Origin: Candidatus Latescibacterota bacterium | Lineage (GTDB): Bacteria; Latescibacterota; UBA2968 | Length of the DNA: 29,315 nt | Assembly: GCA_038279365.1 (NCBI GenBank) | Contig: JAYODI010000073.1 | Location: forward strand, 1 to 29,315 | Direction of reading: 5' to 3' | Shown here: positions 26,596 to 29,315 of the stretch, one piece after another | How positions within the stretch are numbered: position 1 is the stretch's first letter | Layout: every line of letters starts with the position of its first letter | Translations under genes and position numbers: made by a program | Notes under the pieces: model-generated | Databases searched by the model: none | Told to the model about the DNA's origin: nothing | What the model saw: only the letters and a program-made list of their open reading frames with translations

Positions 26596-28191
26596 ATGAC
26601 CAACCGCCCGAATATTTTATGGATTTCACTTGAAGATACCAGCCCACGTTTTGGCTGTTATGGCGACAAGGTAGCCCGTACGCCGAACATTGACCGCTTG
26701 GCAGCAGGCGGGTGTCGATATCCCAATGCATTTTCAACGGCTGGTGTGTGTGCACCCAGTCGTGCCGCCATTATTACCGGCATGTATCAATCGGCCATTG
26801 GGGCGCAACATATGCGTACGCGTCATACCAACGAACACGCACCAGAATTACCCACGCCTTATGATGCGGTTCCCCCTCATTATGTAAAATGTTTTCCCGA
26901 ATATTTGCGTGCAGCAGGATATTTTTGCACGAACAATTTGAAGACCGATTATCAGTTTGCGCCACCGATTACAGCCTGGGATGAGTTGGGAGCTGACGCA
27001 CACTGGCGAAACCGCCCAGAGGGTGCGCCGTTTTTTGCGGTGTTTAATCCCACAGTAACCCACGAAAGTGGGATGTGGCCCGAAAAACGACCCGAGATTA
27101 CGACAGATCCCAATGCGGTTGACGTACCACCGTATTTACCAGACACACCCAAAACGCGTATCGCCATTGCACGGCTTTATGACAATTTGGAAGAGGCCGA
27201 TCGACGCCTGGGTGAGTTGTTGGATCAATTGGAAGCGGATGGACTTGCAGATGAGACAATAGTGATGTTGTGGAGTGATCATGGGGCAGGTTTGCCACGG
27301 GGCAAGCGCTGGCCCTATGACGCGGGCATTCGGATTCCATTAATCGTGCGGTGGCCCGGTAAAATTGAAGCAGGCAGTGAAACAGATCAACTGGTAAGCA
27401 TGGTCGATTTGGGGCCCACAGTGCTGTCATTGTGTGGTGTAGATGTGCCTTCTCATATGCATGGCCAACCGTTTTTGGGGCCAGAAAAAGCAGAGCGCGA
27501 CTACATTTATGCCCTGCGAGATCGCTACGATGAATCCTACGACATGATGCGGGCCGTTAGAGACAAGCGGTTTAAGTATATTCGCAACTATCACCCCGAA
27601 AACCCATATTTGCTGTGGATACCGTATCGCAACCGACACCCTATTTTAGAAGAAATGTGGCGGTTGCATTTGGCCAATGAACTACAAGGTCCACAAAAAA
27701 TTATGTTTCAAACACGTCGCCCCGTAGATGAACTTTATGATACAGAAAATGATCCATTTGAAATCCACAATTTGGCAAATGATCCCGACCATGCCAATAC
27801 ATTGGTTCGCATGCAAATGGCATTGGATGATTGGCGCAGTGAATGTGACACGTGGGGCGATGTGCCTGAAGATCAAATGGTATTTCAAATGTATCAGGGC
27901 AAAGAACAACCTCAAACAGCAGCACCCGTGTTTGTTCCAATATGCGAAGAAAATACGGGTACATCAGCAGCACCCGAGGGGGGCACTTTTAAAGGACCAT
28001 TTATGGTTCAGTTTTACAATGCCACCCAAGGAGCATCTATGGCGTATCAATTTGAAGGCGATACCCATTGGCGTTTGTATACAGGGCCCATCCGTTTGGC
28101 ACAAGGACAGCACACCATACGCGCCAAGGCTATCCGAATAGGCTACAAAGAGAGTGACGAAAAACATGCCACATTTACAGTGACAGGATAA
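26596..28191 (+). CDS. Sulfatase (Cys type) with a small C-terminal FN3-associated-like domain
   Basis: RPNILWISLED, TPNIDRLA, CAPSRA, SDHG, RGKR; C-terminal TQGASMAY...WRLYTGPI...IRAKAIRIGYKES. AAGGA RBS. Confidence 0.93.
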   Translation: MTNRPNILWISLEDTSPRFGCYGDKVARTPNIDRLAAGGCRYPNAFSTAGVCAPSRAAIITGMYQSAIGAQHMRTRHTNEHAPELPTPYDAVPPHYVKCFPEYLRAAGYFCTNNLKTDYQFAPPITAWDELGADAHWRNRPEGAPFFAVFNPTVTHESGMWPEKRPEITTDPNAVDVPPYLPDTPKTRIAIARLYDNLEEADRRLGELLDQLEADGLADETIVMLWSDHGAGLPRGKRWPYDAGIRIPLIVRWPGKIEAGSETDQLVSMVDLGPTVLSLCGVDVPSHMHGQPFLGPEKAERDYIYALRDRYDESYDMMRAVRDKRFKYIRNYHPENPYLLWIPYRNRHPILEEMWRLHLANELQGPQKIMFQTRRPVDELYDTENDPFEIHNLANDPDHANTLVRMQMALDDWRSECDTWGDVPEDQMVFQMYQGKEQPQTAAPVFVPICEENTGTSAAPEGGTFKGPFMVQFYNATQGASMAYQFEGDTHWRLYTGPIRLAQGQHTIRAKAIRIGYKESDEKHATFTVTG

Positions 28192-28194
28192 TTT

Positions 28195-29058
28195 ATGCGT
28201 ATTGCAACTTTGAAAAAAAACGGCCAAGAGATGGCGGCTGTCAAAACAGAAAAAGGCTATGTATCGATAAATCGGATCAATGGCACACAAGATATACAAT
28301 TTCCAACAGACTTGCGTATCTTACTTCAGTCAAATCAGTTTGATATTCTTAAAAAGTGGTATGATAAAAATGGGAAAGATATTCTTGAGGATTTGCCAAC
28401 CGAACAGAGCCATACATTTGCACCGCTTTATCGTTATCCCAATCGCATTTGGGGCATTGGGTTAAACTATGTGGCACATGCCAGCGATTTGTCGGAAAAA
28501 GTGCCCGATGTGTATCCTGGAAGTTTTATTAAATCATCAACAACAGTAATTGGACCAGGCGATACCATAGAAATTCCAAAGTTGTCGGAACGCACAACCG
28601 CCGAGGCGGAGTTGGGTGTGGTGTTTGGAAAGACGTGCAAAGATGTATCAAAAGAAAATTGGTTGGATGTGGTGGCAGGGTTTACAACCATTATTGATAT
28701 GACGGCGGAAGATATTTTGAAGTTAAACCCTCGTTATTTAACCTTGTGTAAAAACTTTGATACATTTTTTGTTTTTGGACCGGAGTTGGTAACACCCGAT
28801 GAGATTGATGATGTAATGGCATTAAACGTCGCCACAGTCATCAATGGCAAAGATCACGCAAGCAATGTGGTTTCAAATATGACGTTTCCACCCGATGATT
28901 TGGTGTCGTTTCATTCTCAAGTGATGACCATGCAACCCGGGGATGTGATTTCGACAGGAACGCCAGGAGCAGTACCCATTGCCAATGGCGATGAAGTAAC
29001 ATGTCGCATTGATGGGTTTGAGTTGTTGACCAACCCCGTTTGCGATTTGAAAAAGTAG
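28195..29058 (+). CDS. Fumarylacetoacetate hydrolase family protein
   Basis: IGLNYVAH, AEAELGVV, DMTA, KNFDTF..FGP, PGDVISTGTPG. Confidence 0.93.
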   Translation: MRIATLKKNGQEMAAVKTEKGYVSINRINGTQDIQFPTDLRILLQSNQFDILKKWYDKNGKDILEDLPTEQSHTFAPLYRYPNRIWGIGLNYVAHASDLSEKVPDVYPGSFIKSSTTVIGPGDTIEIPKLSERTTAEAELGVVFGKTCKDVSKENWLDVVAGFTTIIDMTAEDILKLNPRYLTLCKNFDTFFVFGPELVTPDEIDDVMALNVATVINGKDHASNVVSNMTFPPDDLVSFHSQVMTMQPGDVISTGTPGAVPIANGDEVTCRIDGFELLTNPVCDLKK

Positions 29059-29067
29059 AGGTGAACA

Positions 29068-29241
29068 ATGCCCAAGACCAAGCTTGTTGTGACACTAATT
29101 GCCATTTGTTTGGTGGATATGGTGATTCCGATTCCCATTTTAGGGTTGGTTTTGTTGCACGTCGTTTTTACGCGCCCAGCTTGGTTTCGAAGCCTTGTGG
29201 ATGAGGTTTATCAGAGTCGTGGTAATTTGCCACCGTCTTAA
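29068..29241 (+). CDS. Small hydrophobic membrane protein, 57 aa (not in ORF track)
   Basis: GAGGTG RBS and ATG 29068; MPKTKLVVTLIAICLVDMVIPIPILGLVLLHVVFTRPAWFRSLVDEVYQSRGNLPPS; ends just before the terminator. Confidence 0.7.
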   Translation: MPKTKLVVTLIAICLVDMVIPIPILGLVLLHVVFTRPAWFRSLVDEVYQSRGNLPPS

Positions 29242-29262
29242 AGAGTTCCATGGTATAAAAAT

Positions 29263-29297
29263 AAAAAGCCCCAGCAAATGCTTGCTGGGGCTTTTTT
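29263..29297 (+). terminator. Intrinsic (bidirectional-type) terminator
   Basis: AAAAAGCCCCAGCAA-ATGC-TTGCTGGGGCTTTTTT perfect stem with A-run and T-run. Confidence 0.9.
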
Positions 29298-29315
29298 GCC
29301 TTCGGCGAGTTACCT

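Overview
A gene-dense bacterial chromosomal window with about 28 intact CDSs and no rRNA, tRNA or CRISPR array that I can see. It is dominated by carbohydrate and organic-acid catabolism: a TIM-barrel isomerase-like protein, mannonate dehydratase, an FMN alpha-hydroxy-acid dehydrogenase, and a PhyH dioxygenase. A long minus-strand run (7.7-22.4 kb) encodes a secreted beta-helix protein, a lipoprotein alpha/beta-hydrolase, three amidohydrolases, an aldo/keto reductase, an oligogalacturonate-lyase-like propeller, a PL6 lyase, a GH33 sialidase and a sulfatase. Further on are an alginate-lyase-family protein, a second sulfatase and an FAA hydrolase. Other genes are ino1, a SagB-type nitroreductase, a His-rich Ni/Co transporter, a Nudix CoA pyrophosphatase, a LysR/rhodanese pair, a PuuD-like amidotransferase and a GNAT. 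The gene content resembles Latescibacterota/Poribacteria-type glycan degraders (inference only). Most notable: (1) a REP-associated tyrosine transposase (RAYT) sits inside the catabolic run, with one GTAG-REP hairpin just upstream and a second, compensatorily co-varied copy translated inside its own coding sequence; (2) an orphan, N-terminally truncated secretion-ATPase-like P-loop protein; (3) a 60-codon remnant that appears to join the N- and C-termini of an EcKinase/APH-like phosphotransferase across a TGA; (4) several enzymes with substituted metal or catalytic ligands; (5) a stand-alone HsdR-N nuclease-like gene coupled to a lyase gene; (6) a 57-aa membrane protein missing from the ORF track. 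All family calls come from motif recognition by eye, with no database searches.
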